A DNA stretch of 64,000 nt, from positions 1 to 64,000 of the forward strand of contig JBGAML010000005.1 of NCBI GenBank assembly GCA_044223005.1, given 5' to 3'. Source of the stretch: Candidatus Eiseniibacteriota bacterium. Its GTDB lineage: Bacteria > Eisenbacteria > RBG-16-71-46. Shown here one piece after another: positions 26,583 to 36,393 of this stretch. Each line of letters begins with the position of its first letter. Position 1 is the stretch's first letter. A program made the translations under genes and the position numbers. The notes under the pieces were generated by a model. That model was not told the origin of the DNA. It was given only the letters and a program-made list of their open reading frames with translations, and did not search any database.

Positions 26583-27946
26583 GCGGCCTCCGCGTGCGGG
26601 ACGACCGGCGCGAGGTCCCCGCCGAACAGGGTGTCGCGTCGCGGCGGCGCGATGAGCACGGCCGCGAAGACCACCGTGTCCGCCAGCTCGCCGACCAGGA
26701 GCAGCACGCATCCCAGGACGACGCCGTTCGCGGCAGGCGCCGCGCGGAGCACGAGGGCGGCGGTGCCCGCCATGAGCGCCAGCTTGAGCGGCGCCTGAAC
26801 GAGCAGCGCGCGCGCGCGGCCCACGCGCACGAGCAGGCCCTGGCCGATCGCCCGCGCGGTGACCAGGAACGGCAGCGGGAGCAGCCACGGCAGTGCCGGC
26901 GTCACGATGGCCGCGAGCGGCGACGAGAGCCGCTGGCCGGCAAAGAGCCCGGCGCGCGCGGCCGGCAGGGCGATGGGCAGCGCGAGGACGAGCGTCGCGA
27001 CACTGGCCCACGCCGCGGCGGCGAGCGCCACGCGCCGCAGATCGGCTGGCGTGCGCGGCAGGACGAGCACCACGTCGAGCATCGCCCACGCGGGCGCGCA
27101 GGCGATCAATGCAGCCGGCAGCACGACGCCGAAGCCCGCGAGCGCGAGGCTGCCGCCCGCGGCCCGGGCGATGACGGCGTGCACGAGTGGGCGCGCCAGC
27201 GTCCAGCCGAGCGCGGAGGCGACGAGCGGGAGCGCGAGCGCGACGGCGCGGCGCGCGCCCCAGTCCGCGTGTCCGTCGCGGGCGTCGTCCGCCCGGCGCC
27301 CGGTGCGGGTGAGCGCGAAGGCGACGAGCGCTTCGATCGCGAGCGCCGCCACGAGTACGCGCGCCGCCAGCTCGGCGTCGGGGGACCGCCACGGCAGCGC
27401 CGCGAGCGCGGCGATCGCGGCGAGGCGGGTCGCGGTCACCAGGAAGGGGAGCGCCGTGCGGCGCGCGCGCACGGCCATGCCGAACGCGACACCGCGCAGC
27501 GCCACGAGGAGCGGCAGGGCCGCGAGCGTCCGGAGCGCCGAGCACGCGTGCGCGACGAGTTGCGGATCGCGGGGGAGCAGTGCGGCGAGAGCACCTCGTG
27601 CCGCCGGAGCCGAGGCGAGGGCGAAGAGCCCGAGCGACGCCGTACCGCCGAGGAGCAGCGCGGCCCCGGGCAGCGCCGTGCGGGTGGACGCGGGTGGCGC
27701 GATCGCGCCGACCTGCTGCATCACCGCACACCAGCTCGCGAGCGCGAAGGCCAGCGCGTACGCCGACCAGAACGCGCCGAGCGCCGACGGCGGGTCGGCG
27801 CTCCGCAGCAGGAGTCCGTTGACCGCCGGGCCGAGCAGCGTCAGGAGCAGCGCGTTCGCGACGAGCGGCCCGTGGAAGCGGGCGATCGCCGCGAGGCGAA
27901 GCGGCGGTGCCCCGGAGGATGGGGCGAAGGCGGGGCCGATGCGCAT
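26579..27946 (-). CDS. MATE/MOP superfamily (ANKH-like) multi-pass transporter
   Basis: About 12 hydrophobic segments in two repeats (FHGPL..GPAVNGLL / LALPL..RPLVHAVI); ATGA overlap with apbE. Confidence 0.65.
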   Translation of the reverse strand: MRIGPAFAPSSGAPPLRLAAIARFHGPLVANALLLTLLGPAVNGLLLRSADPPSALGAFWSAYALAFALASWCAVMQQVGAIAPPASTRTALPGAALLLGGTASLGLFALASAPAARGALAALLPRDPQLVAHACSALRTLAALPLLVALRGVAFGMAVRARRTALPFLVTATRLAAIAALAALPWRSPDAELAARVLVAALAIEALVAFALTRTGRRADDARDGHADWGARRAVALALPLVASALGWTLARPLVHAVIARAAGGSLALAGFGVVLPAALIACAPAWAMLDVVLVLPRTPADLRRVALAAAAWASVATLVLALPIALPAARAGLFAGQRLSSPLAAIVTPALPWLLPLPFLVTARAIGQGLLVRVGRARALLVQAPLKLALMAGTAALVLRAAPAANGVVLGCVLLLVGELADTVVFAAVLIAPPRRDTLFGGDLAPVVPHAEAA

Positions 27947-28208
27947 CGGCCCGGTTATCGGCCGGAGCGCTGGCCGGGCACATCTCCAATCCTGTCATGC
28001 ATTTCGCACGGTTACCTCAGGCACTGCTTACGTCGCCTCCTTTAGATAAGGGCCCGGGAGGGCAGCGCGGCCGGTGGCGGTCGTCGGCTCATCCGGCGCG
28101 CAGGTCGGCCGGCGGCTGGGTCACGCGGGCCATTGCCCTTACGTTCCCGGTGGTCGTTCCCCGTGCCCGCGGGGCAGCGATACCGCTTCCATCCTCCGGA
28201 GAACCCAC

Positions 28209-29366
28209 ATGCGTTTCCCGATCACGCTGCTCGCCGTGCTCCTCGCCGCGGTCCCCGCGGTGGCGGCGCCGGCTCCCGCCGTCTCGGATTTCGTCGTGCG
28301 GCTCGGCCGCGACACCGTCAGCGCGGAGCACGTCGAGCGCTCGGCGGACCGCATCGACGTCCGGCAGGTCGGACGGGCGCCGCGCGTGCTTCAGCGCCAC
28401 TACGTCTACGAGTACGCGCGCGGCGACCTGGCCCGCCTGACGATCACGGTGCAGGCTCCGGGCGCCGAGACGCCGGTCCAGACCGTCGACGTGCGCGTCG
28501 ACGGCGATTCGATCCGAATCGAGACCGTGACCGGCACGGCCGCGGCGGTGCGCGCGGCGATCGCGGCGCCGCGCGGGACGCTGCCGGTGCCGTCCTCCAG
28601 CGCGTGGACGACGTACGAGGGCCAGCTCATGAAGCTCGCGCGCAGCGGCGCCGACAGCCTGCGCGCCACGATCTGGCTCGTGGGCGCGCCGACGGTGGAC
28701 TGGGTCGCCTTCCGCCGGCTCGGTGGCGATTCGGTCGAGGTCGCGAACGGTCACGCCGACGTGTTCCACGTCCGCATGGATCGTCAGGGCCGCGTGCTCG
28801 CGGTGCGGCCGATCTCGGGCACCGGAAAGGTGAGCGTCGAGCGGGTCGCGCACGTCGACGTGGACGCGCTGGTGGCGCAGTTCGGCGCCGAGGAGCGAGC
28901 GGCCGGCAACATGGGCATGCTGTCGCCGCGCGACTCCGTCGTCACCACCGTGGCCGGTGCGGCCCTCCGCGTCGACTACTGCCGCCCGGCGAAGCGCGGC
29001 CGCCAGGTGTTCGGCAGCGTCGTGCCGTGGGGACAGGTGTGGCGGACCGGGGCGAACGCCGCGACGGTCTTCCGCACCGATCACGCGCTGGCGTTCGGCG
29101 ACGTCGTGGTGCCGGCGGGCGCCTACACGCTCTGGACCGTGCCTGCGCCGCAAGGTTGGACGCTCCTGGTCAACTCGCAGACGGGGCAGTGGGGCACGGA
29201 GCACGATCCGGCACGGGACCTCTTCCGGATCCCGCTGGTGGTCGACGACCACGCCCCGGAGCAGGAGCACTTCGGCATCCGCGTGGAACCCGCCGAAGGG
29301 GGCGGGGCGATCGTCTTGGAGTGGGACACCACGCGCGCCCTCGCGGCCTTCAAAGTCCGCGACTGA
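28209..29366 (+). CDS. DUF2911 domain secreted protein
   Basis: Signal peptide; LSPRD..VDYCRPAKRGRQVFG..VPWGQVWRTGANAAT..GQWGT. Confidence 0.88.
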   Translation: MRFPITLLAVLLAAVPAVAAPAPAVSDFVVRLGRDTVSAEHVERSADRIDVRQVGRAPRVLQRHYVYEYARGDLARLTITVQAPGAETPVQTVDVRVDGDSIRIETVTGTAAAVRAAIAAPRGTLPVPSSSAWTTYEGQLMKLARSGADSLRATIWLVGAPTVDWVAFRRLGGDSVEVANGHADVFHVRMDRQGRVLAVRPISGTGKVSVERVAHVDVDALVAQFGAEERAAGNMGMLSPRDSVVTTVAGAALRVDYCRPAKRGRQVFGSVVPWGQVWRTGANAATVFRTDHALAFGDVVVPAGAYTLWTVPAPQGWTLLVNSQTGQWGTEHDPARDLFRIPLVVDDHAPEQEHFGIRVEPAEGGGAIVLEWDTTRALAAFKVRD

Positions 29367-29531
29367 CTCCCGGCGCGAGCGCGCACGGCGGTCCGCCGAG
29401 CGCGCTCGCGCGCCACACCGCCGCGCTCGTCCGCGAGCCGGCCGCGGCGTCTGGATTCGTCCCGCCGCGTCGGCGATGCTGGGGACGATCACCTCCGCGC
29501 ACTTCCCGAACTCCGCGAGGAACTTCATTCC

Positions 29532-31571
29532 ATGAAGCGACCGTCATGCCTCACCGCGCTGCTCTGCGCCCTCTCGCTCGTCGCACCGGCTCTCGCGCAG
29601 GCGGGCACCGACGCCGCCCACTACCTCGACCAGTTCGTCGATCGCTCCGCCGATCCGCGCAACGACTTCTTCCGCTACTCGGTCGGCAAGTGGCTGGCGG
29701 CGAACCCGATTCCCGCAGCCGAGCGCTCGTGGGGCATCGCCCACGTGGTCCAGGAGGAGACCTACTCCCGCCTGGTCGCGATCAGCCGCGAAGCGGCGGA
29801 CTCCGGCGCGCCGAAGGGCAGCAACGCACAGAAGATCGGCGACTTCTGGGTTGCCGCCATGGATTCCGACGGCGCCGCCGCGGCGGGCATGAAGCCGCTC
29901 GCGCCCGAGTTCGCGCGGATCGCCGCCATTCGCGACGTGCCCGGCGTGCTCGCATCGGTGGCACACCTGCAGTACATCGGCTCGCGTGCGATGTTCGGCA
30001 CCTACGTCTCGCAGGACGAGATGAACAGCGACCGCAACGTCCTGCATCTCTGGCAGGGCGGACTCGGTCTCCCGAACCGCGACTACTACTTCGACACCGA
30101 CGCACGCTCGGTCATGCTGCGGCGCGAGTACGTCAAGCACGTGACCCGCATGTTCGTGCTGCTCGGGGACGCGCCGGCCACTGCCGCCGCGCACGCCGGC
30201 ACCGTCATGGCCATCGAGACCGGGCTCGCGCGGGCCTCGCGCAAGCTCGCCGACCTGCGCGATCCGCACGCGAACTACAACCCGATGTCGCTCGCGGACC
30301 TCGGGAAGCTCACGCCCTCGATCCGCTGGCGCGAGTTCCTCGAGCAGGGACACATCCAGGGCATCGACACGGTGATCGTCGGGCAGCCGGAGTTCTTCAA
30401 GGCGGTCCAGGCCTCGCTCGCGAAGCACGGCGTGCCCGGCTGGCGCACCTATCTGCGCTGGCACCTCGCGAACTCGTTCGCCGAAGAGGCGGGAGGGAAG
30501 TTCGACGCCGAGGACTTCCATTTCTACGGCACGATCCTCAACGGCACGCCCCAGCAGCGCCCGCGCTGGAAGCGCACGCTGGACGCCGAGGAACGCTACC
30601 TCGGTGACGCGCTCGGGCAGCTGTACGTCGAACGCTACTTCACGCCGGCGACCAAGGCGCGCTACGAGAAGCTCACCGGCGACATCTTCGACGCCTTCCG
30701 CGCCCGCATCCGTGCGCTGCCGTGGATGAGCGATTCGACCAAGCTCCGCGCCCTCCACAAGCTCGACTCCGTCACGCGCAAGGTCGGTTACCCGGAGAAG
30801 TGGCGCGACTACTCCACCTTCGAGGTCGATCGCACGTCGCTTCTCGGCAACGCGCTCCGCGGCAACGTGTGGCAGAGCGAGTACGACATCGCCAAGCTCC
30901 ACAAGCCCGTCGACCGGAGCGAGTGGGACATGACGCCGCAGACGTACAACGCCTACTACAACCCGTCGAACAACGAGATCGTGCTTCCCGCCGCCATCTT
31001 CATCCTGCCGGGGATCGACGACGCGGACGTGGACGACGCCATCGTGTACTCGTACGCGGGCGGGACCACGATCGGGCACGAGATCACGCACGGCTTCGAC
31101 GACGAAGGCCGGCTCTTCGACGAGAAGGGCAACCTGCGGGACTGGTGGTCCGCGGCCGACGCGCAGGAGTTCACGCAGCGCGCCGAGAAGATCGTGAAGC
31201 AGTTCGACGCGTATCCGGTCGTCGGCGACCTGCACTGCAACGGCAAGGCGACGGCCGGGGAGAACATCGCCGATCTCGGGGGCATGCTGCTCGGCTGGGA
31301 CGCGTTCACGAAGACCGAGGAGTACCGCAAGGGAGAATCGATCGGTGGCTTCACGCCGGCCCAGCGGTACTTCATCGGCTGGTCGCTCGGCTGGATGAAC
31401 CAGCTGCGGCCGGAGAACCTCGCCGTGCGCGTCAAGACGGACGTCCACGCACCGAGCTTCCTGCGCGTCACCGGACCGTGCTCGAACATGCCGGCGTTCT
31501 ACGAGGCGTACGGCGTCAAGCCCGGAGACCGCATGTACCGCTCCGATGCCGACCGCGTGCAGATCTGGTAG
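29532..31571 (+). CDS. M13 (neprilysin/PepO) metallopeptidase
   Basis: DPRNDFF, NAYYNP, IGHEITHGFDD, GENIADLGG. Confidence 0.95.
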   Translation: MKRPSCLTALLCALSLVAPALAQAGTDAAHYLDQFVDRSADPRNDFFRYSVGKWLAANPIPAAERSWGIAHVVQEETYSRLVAISREAADSGAPKGSNAQKIGDFWVAAMDSDGAAAAGMKPLAPEFARIAAIRDVPGVLASVAHLQYIGSRAMFGTYVSQDEMNSDRNVLHLWQGGLGLPNRDYYFDTDARSVMLRREYVKHVTRMFVLLGDAPATAAAHAGTVMAIETGLARASRKLADLRDPHANYNPMSLADLGKLTPSIRWREFLEQGHIQGIDTVIVGQPEFFKAVQASLAKHGVPGWRTYLRWHLANSFAEEAGGKFDAEDFHFYGTILNGTPQQRPRWKRTLDAEERYLGDALGQLYVERYFTPATKARYEKLTGDIFDAFRARIRALPWMSDSTKLRALHKLDSVTRKVGYPEKWRDYSTFEVDRTSLLGNALRGNVWQSEYDIAKLHKPVDRSEWDMTPQTYNAYYNPSNNEIVLPAAIFILPGIDDADVDDAIVYSYAGGTTIGHEITHGFDDEGRLFDEKGNLRDWWSAADAQEFTQRAEKIVKQFDAYPVVGDLHCNGKATAGENIADLGGMLLGWDAFTKTEEYRKGESIGGFTPAQRYFIGWSLGWMNQLRPENLAVRVKTDVHAPSFLRVTGPCSNMPAFYEAYGVKPGDRMYRSDADRVQIW

Positions 31572-31624
31572 GAAGGCCTCGCCAACGCTCGGCGCGCATC
31601 GTAACCTGCGCCGGCCCGGCCCAT

Positions 31625-31652
31625 GGAGGGCCCGCCTGACGGCGGGCCCTCC
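31625..31652 (+). terminator. Hairpin after M13 peptidase
   Basis: ggagggcccgcc-tgac-ggcgggccctcc 12-bp stem. Confidence 0.55.
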
Positions 31653-31692
31653 GTCATGGGCCGAACATTCCCACCCCACCGGGAGATCCCGC

Positions 31693-32475
31693 ATGTCGCG
31701 CTCGTGGTCCTGCCTGTTGTTCGCCGTCTTCGCGCTCGCCACCACCGCGTCCCAGGCTCGCGCCGACGGCCGGACGTTCGTGGACATCTATCCCGCGCAC
31801 GTCGAGGAGAAGGGGGAGCGCGAACTCGAGGTCTGGACCACGGCCCTCACGGGCCAGGCCGACACGACGCTCGTGGCGTGGGAGAACCGGGTCGGGTTCG
31901 AATACGCGCTCACGGACCGGCTCACCGGGAAGATGCTGCTCAATTGGGAACAGTCCGGCGGGGCCGAGACCGCCGCACGTTTCGTCGGACCGTCGTTCGT
32001 GCTCCACGGTGCCTTCGCGGAGGAGGGCAAGCTCCCGTTCGATCCGGCGTTCGAGCTCGAGGCCCGCGAGAATGGTGACGAGTTCGAGTTCGAGCCGTCG
32101 CTGCTGCTCTGGCACGAGCACCAGGGCTGGATCCTCGGCGCGGACGTGGAGGGCACCCTCGCGTGGCTCCATCACGTGCCCGCCGGTGGCGAGACGACGG
32201 AGAAGGGGCTCGCGGCCATGCTCGGCGCCGCGCGCGAGTTCGGCGAGCACGTCGCGTTCGGCTTCGAGGGTTCGTGGCAGCACGCGTTCGAGAGCGAAGG
32301 CGATTCGCCCTCGGCGCTGTTCTTCGGGCCCACGCTCGACCTGCGTGGCGAGAAGGCGAACCTGACGATCGGCTGGCACCCGCAGGTGTGGGGCACGCCC
32401 GAGACGGGCGCGGGGATCAACCTTGCGGCGTTCCCGCGGTCGGAGTTCCGCGTGATCCTCGGGTTGGAACTCTGA
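31693..32475 (+). CDS. Putative outer-membrane beta-barrel protein
   Basis: Signal peptide, GERELEVW, FEYALTDRL, LFFGPTL, ends RVILGLEL. Confidence 0.7.
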   Translation: MSRSWSCLLFAVFALATTASQARADGRTFVDIYPAHVEEKGERELEVWTTALTGQADTTLVAWENRVGFEYALTDRLTGKMLLNWEQSGGAETAARFVGPSFVLHGAFAEEGKLPFDPAFELEARENGDEFEFEPSLLLWHEHQGWILGADVEGTLAWLHHVPAGGETTEKGLAAMLGAAREFGEHVAFGFEGSWQHAFESEGDSPSALFFGPTLDLRGEKANLTIGWHPQVWGTPETGAGINLAAFPRSEFRVILGLEL

Positions 32476-32517
32476 TCGGCGCGCGCGGCCGGCTCTCGAC
32501 GGGGCCGGTCGCGCGTT

Positions 32518-33303
32518 TCAGCGTGATCGCCGCGGCGGCCAGGGCACGAACGGACTCGTCCGGCGCACGTACGCCGCCCAGCCGGGACGCGTCGCCATGT
32601 GGCGCTCGAGCAGCGTGACGCCCGACACGCGCAGCAGCAGCGCCGTGAGCAGGGCGGGGCCCGCCAGCGCCCACGCTCCGCCGGGCGTCGCGAGCGCGAT
32701 CAGCCCGAGGCCCCAGGCCATGCAGGTCTCGCCGAAGTAGTTCGGGTGCCGCGTCCACGCCCACAGGCCGCGGTCCATCACGCGGCCGCGATTCGCGGGA
32801 TTCGACCGGAAGCGGACCAACTGGGCGTCGCCGATCGCCTCGAACGCGAAGCCGGCCAGCCACAGCGCCACGCCCGCCGCGTCCCAGGCGCCGAGCGCGA
32901 ACGGCGGGAGCGGGCGGAGCGCGGCATGGATCGGCAGGGCGATGAACCACGCGAGGACCGCCTGCAGCGCGAAAACAGTGACGAGGCTCGTCCACGGAAA
33001 CCTCCTGGGGCTGCGGGCGCGCATCGCGGCGTAGCGTGGATCCTCGCCGCGGCCCCGGTTGCGCCACGCGAGATGAATCGCGAGCCGCACACCCCAGGCC
33101 GTGACGAGGCCGCAGACGAGCCACGCGCGCGGCGTGGCCGCCTGCATCACGCCCCGCTCGACCCAGGCGATCACCACGAAGGCCGGCCCCCAGAGCGGGT
33201 CGATCACGCTCGCGTCCTTGCGGAGGACGCTCACGACCCAGCCCACGAAGAAGAGCGCGCCCGCCGCGAGCAGCCCGGTTCGTGCGGCTTCGGTGACGTT
33301 CAT
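32518..33303 (-). CDS. DUF1295 / steroid 5-alpha reductase-like membrane protein
   Basis: SVIDPLWG, GEDPRY, EAIGDAQL, GLWAWTRHPNYFGE. Confidence 0.92.
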   Translation of the reverse strand: MNVTEAARTGLLAAGALFFVGWVVSVLRKDASVIDPLWGPAFVVIAWVERGVMQAATPRAWLVCGLVTAWGVRLAIHLAWRNRGRGEDPRYAAMRARSPRRFPWTSLVTVFALQAVLAWFIALPIHAALRPLPPFALGAWDAAGVALWLAGFAFEAIGDAQLVRFRSNPANRGRVMDRGLWAWTRHPNYFGETCMAWGLGLIALATPGGAWALAGPALLTALLLRVSGVTLLERHMATRPGWAAYVRRTSPFVPWPPRRSR

Positions 33304-34337
33304 CGGCCGCTCTCCGGAGCCAGGCGTACGTGCGTGACGCCCCATTCGCGCCCGCGATCCCAAGCGAACAGTTCCATGCACGCGAGGTAGAACATGCGCC
33401 AGCGCCGGAACGCGCGGGCCGCGTCGCTGCCGTGCACGCGCGCGAGTACGGGCAGGATCGCGGCACGATTCGCGTCGTGGCGGGCGAGCCACGCACGCAG
33501 CGTGCGCGCGTAGTGGGTGCCCTCGACGATCCATTGCCCGGTGACGCGGAGCGGCCCGGCGGTGTCGCGGAAGAGGCCAGCGCCCGGCATGATGCCGCCG
33601 GTGAAGAAGTGGCGGGCCATCCAGTCGCGCTCGCCCTCGTCCTCGAACGGCCACGCGTATTCGCGATGACAGAAGACGTGCACGAAGGCGGTGCCTCCCG
33701 GCCGGAGCCAGCCGGCGATGCGCCCGAACATCGCCTCCCAGTTGCGCAGGTGCTCGAACATCTCCACCGAGACGACGCGATCGAAGTCCCCGGGCGGCGT
33801 GAAGGTGCTCACGTCGGCGGTGTGCACGGCGAGGTTCCGCAGACCGATTCGTGCCGCGGCGCGCTCGATGTACTCGCGCTGCGCGTGCGAGTTCGACACG
33901 GCGACGATCTCCGCCCGCGGGTGGCGTTCCGCCATCCACAGCGACCACGAGCCCCAGCCGCAGCCCAGTTCGAGGATGCGCTGGCCGTCGGCGAGCCCCG
34001 CGCGTCGCGAGCACCGCTCGAGCATCGCGTCTTCGGATTCCGCGAGGGTGGTGCCGCCATGGTCCCACCAGCCGCACGAGTACTTGAGCCGTGGCCCGAG
34101 CACCTGCACGAAATACTCCGGCGGCAGCTCGTAGTGCTGGCGATTCGCGTCGGCCGTGGCGATGGCCAGCGGACCCCGGCGCCAGGCGTCGAGCCGCGCC
34201 GCGTGGCGCGCGCCGATCGCCTCGGGTCCGCCCGCGCGCTCGGAGGCGAGCTTGCCGGCCAGCAGCCGCCGCATCCCGATCCGCAGCAGGGGATCCGGCA
34301 GGACGCCGCGTTCCGCGAGGTCGATGGCGAGGTTCAT
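33300..34337 (-). CDS. Cfa-like SAM-dependent methyltransferase
   Basis: ANRQHYELP, LKYSC, ILELGCGWGS, SVEMFEH, FFTGGIMP. Confidence 0.9.
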   Translation of the reverse strand: MNLAIDLAERGVLPDPLLRIGMRRLLAGKLASERAGGPEAIGARHAARLDAWRRGPLAIATADANRQHYELPPEYFVQVLGPRLKYSCGWWDHGGTTLAESEDAMLERCSRRAGLADGQRILELGCGWGSWSLWMAERHPRAEIVAVSNSHAQREYIERAAARIGLRNLAVHTADVSTFTPPGDFDRVVSVEMFEHLRNWEAMFGRIAGWLRPGGTAFVHVFCHREYAWPFEDEGERDWMARHFFTGGIMPGAGLFRDTAGPLRVTGQWIVEGTHYARTLRAWLARHDANRAAILPVLARVHGSDAARAFRRWRMFYLACMELFAWDRGREWGVTHVRLAPESGR

Positions 34338-35611
34338 GCGGGCTCCGTTGCCGCGAGCGGGCCGGTTTCGGCCCGTGGACCGGCGAGGTGGAGGTGGACG
34401 AGGCCGATCGTGCGCTCGAGGAACCCGGCCTCGCACGAACCGAAGTACCAGTGCCACGTGCGCCGGAACGTCTCGTCGAATCCCATTCGCTCCAGTTCCG
34501 GCGTCCGCGCGTGGAAGCGCTCGCGCCAGAGGGCGAGCGTGCGCGCGTAGTGCGGCGTCCAGTCGTCGAGGCCCGCGATCCGGAGCGGCGACCGGCTCGT
34601 CGCCGCTCGCACCATCGCGACGACGGAGGGCAGCTCGCCGCCCGGGAAGACGTGCTTGCGGATGAAGTCGTGCGAGCGCCGGTAGGCGGCCTCGTCCTGG
34701 TCGCGAATCACGATCGCCTGCACGAGTCCGAGCCCGTCGGCGGCGAGCAGCCGTCCGAGCACGTCGAAGTAGTCTCCGAGGAACTCGCCGCCCACCGCCT
34801 CGATCATCTCGATCGACACGAGCCGGTCGAACCGGCGCCCGAGCCGGCGCGGCAGGTCGCGGTAGTCCTCGCGCAGCACGGTCACGCGCCCGGCCAGCCC
34901 CGCCGCCGCGACGCGCGCCAGCGCTTCGCGGTGCTGCTCGGCCGAGATCGTGGTCGTGGTGACGTGCACGCCCCAGCGGGAGGCCGCGTGCACCGCGAAG
35001 CCGCCCCAGCCGCTGCCGATCTCGACGACGCGCATCCCCGGGCGCAGGCCGAGCCGCCGGCAGACGACGTCGAGCTTGTGGACCGCGGCTTCCTCCAGCG
35101 ACGCGCCGGGCGCGGGAAAGATCGCGCTCGAGTACATCAGGGTCGGGTCGAGGAAGAGGCGGAAGAAGTCGTTCCCGAGGTCGTAGTGGGCGGCGATGTT
35201 CGCGCGCGCGCCGTGGCGGGTGTTGCGGTGCAACGCCCGCGCGATCGCCCCAATGGGCCGCAGGAGCACCGCCGGCCCGCGATCGAGGGACGCGAGCACG
35301 TCGCGGTGCCGCGCGAGGATGCGGACCACGGTGGTGAGATCGTTGGTGTCCCACTCGCCTCGCACGTACGACTCCGCGGCGCCGAGGCTGCCGCCGAGCG
35401 CGGCCTCGGCCCAGAAGCGCGGGTCGTGAACGCGCACCGTCGCTTCGAGGCCGCCGCCCGGACCACACACCGTCGGCCCCTCGTCCTCGCTCACGACGAT
35501 GCGGTCCGCGGGGAGCGTGGCGAGGCGCGCGAGCAGCGCGCGGCGGCACGCGCGTTCGAACGGTGCGGCCGTGCGCGCGGCACGCGCGGTCATCGGGAGG
35601 CCGGCCGTCAT
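34334..35611 (-). CDS. Cyclopropane-fatty-acyl-phospholipid synthase family methyltransferase (UfaM-like)
   Basis: NIAAHYDLGNDFF, MYSSA, EIGSGWGG, SIEMIEAVG, VFPGG. Confidence 0.92.
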   Translation of the reverse strand: MTAGLPMTARAARTAAPFERACRRALLARLATLPADRIVVSEDEGPTVCGPGGGLEATVRVHDPRFWAEAALGGSLGAAESYVRGEWDTNDLTTVVRILARHRDVLASLDRGPAVLLRPIGAIARALHRNTRHGARANIAAHYDLGNDFFRLFLDPTLMYSSAIFPAPGASLEEAAVHKLDVVCRRLGLRPGMRVVEIGSGWGGFAVHAASRWGVHVTTTTISAEQHREALARVAAAGLAGRVTVLREDYRDLPRRLGRRFDRLVSIEMIEAVGGEFLGDYFDVLGRLLAADGLGLVQAIVIRDQDEAAYRRSHDFIRKHVFPGGELPSVVAMVRAATSRSPLRIAGLDDWTPHYARTLALWRERFHARTPELERMGFDETFRRTWHWYFGSCEAGFLERTIGLVHLHLAGPRAETGPLAATEPA

Positions 35612-36393
35612 GCGGTCCTCCGCCGCGGGCCGTGCACCGCCCGGCCGGGATGCGGATGCAGGGGCACACCCTTGCGCCAGAGACGGAACGCCTGCGTGTA
35701 GATGCCGGCGAGCACCGCCCACGGCATCAGCGGGAAGCGGCGCAGGACCGCGGCGAGGTTGCGGCCATCGAGCGGGCGGCGCTCGAGCGCCAGCGTCGCG
35801 ACGAAGAACCGCCCCGGCGCACCGTGGTTCTCGATCACGACCTGGAGTGCGTTCCCGGGAGCCCCCACGTGGAACCGGTACTCGACCTCCATGTCCATGA
35901 AGGGCGAGACGTGGAACGCCTTGGGGATCGTGATCCGCCACGGCCCCGGCCCGCGGCCGCGCAGGTCGAGCACGTACGCGTGCTTCTCCCGCCACGGCGT
36001 GTTGTGCACCTCCACGAGGACGGCATCGAGCCGTTCGCCCGTGCGGTCGAAGCAGTAGTGGAAGCTGGCCGGATTCATGCCCACGCCGAGCACCCGCAGG
36101 TGCGTGAGCAGCCGGATCGGCCCGTCGGGCCGGAAGCCAGCCTGCTCGTGCACCGTGCGACGCACCGTCTCGTCGAGCGGCTCTCGGGGATCGCCGAGAT
36201 GGTCGGCGCGCCGGAACCACGCGAACGCCGGGCGGTGCGCCGACCAGAGTCGGTGGCCACGGAAGACCTCGTCGAGTTCGGAGAGATCGAGGTAGCAGAA
36301 GAAGAGCGGCACCCGGAAGCGGTGCTCGACCGGGGCGACGCGATGGTGGACGAGTTCGCCCACGTAGAGCGCGCTGGCGAGGCCGCCGCTCAC
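35608..36393 (-). CDS. DUF1365 family protein (UfaO-like)
   Basis: SALYVGELVHHR..HRF, MNPASFHYC, EVHNTPW, KAFHVSPFM, IYTQAFRLWRKG. Confidence 0.92.
   Translation of the reverse strand: MSGGLASALYVGELVHHRVAPVEHRFRVPLFFCYLDLSELDEVFRGHRLWSAHRPAFAWFRRADHLGDPREPLDETVRRTVHEQAGFRPDGPIRLLTHLRVLGVGMNPASFHYCFDRTGERLDAVLVEVHNTPWREKHAYVLDLRGRGPGPWRITIPKAFHVSPFMDMEVEYRFHVGAPGNALQVVIENHGAPGRFFVATLALERRPLDGRNLAAVLRRFPLMPWAVLAGIYTQAFRLWRKGVPLHPHPGRAVHGPRRRTA

Noticed and set aside
25472..28006. Shared CGAAATGCA 9-mer in two spacers (about 25472 on plus, about 28000 on minus)
   Set aside because: Opposite orientation relative to the downstream genes and too short to exclude chance.
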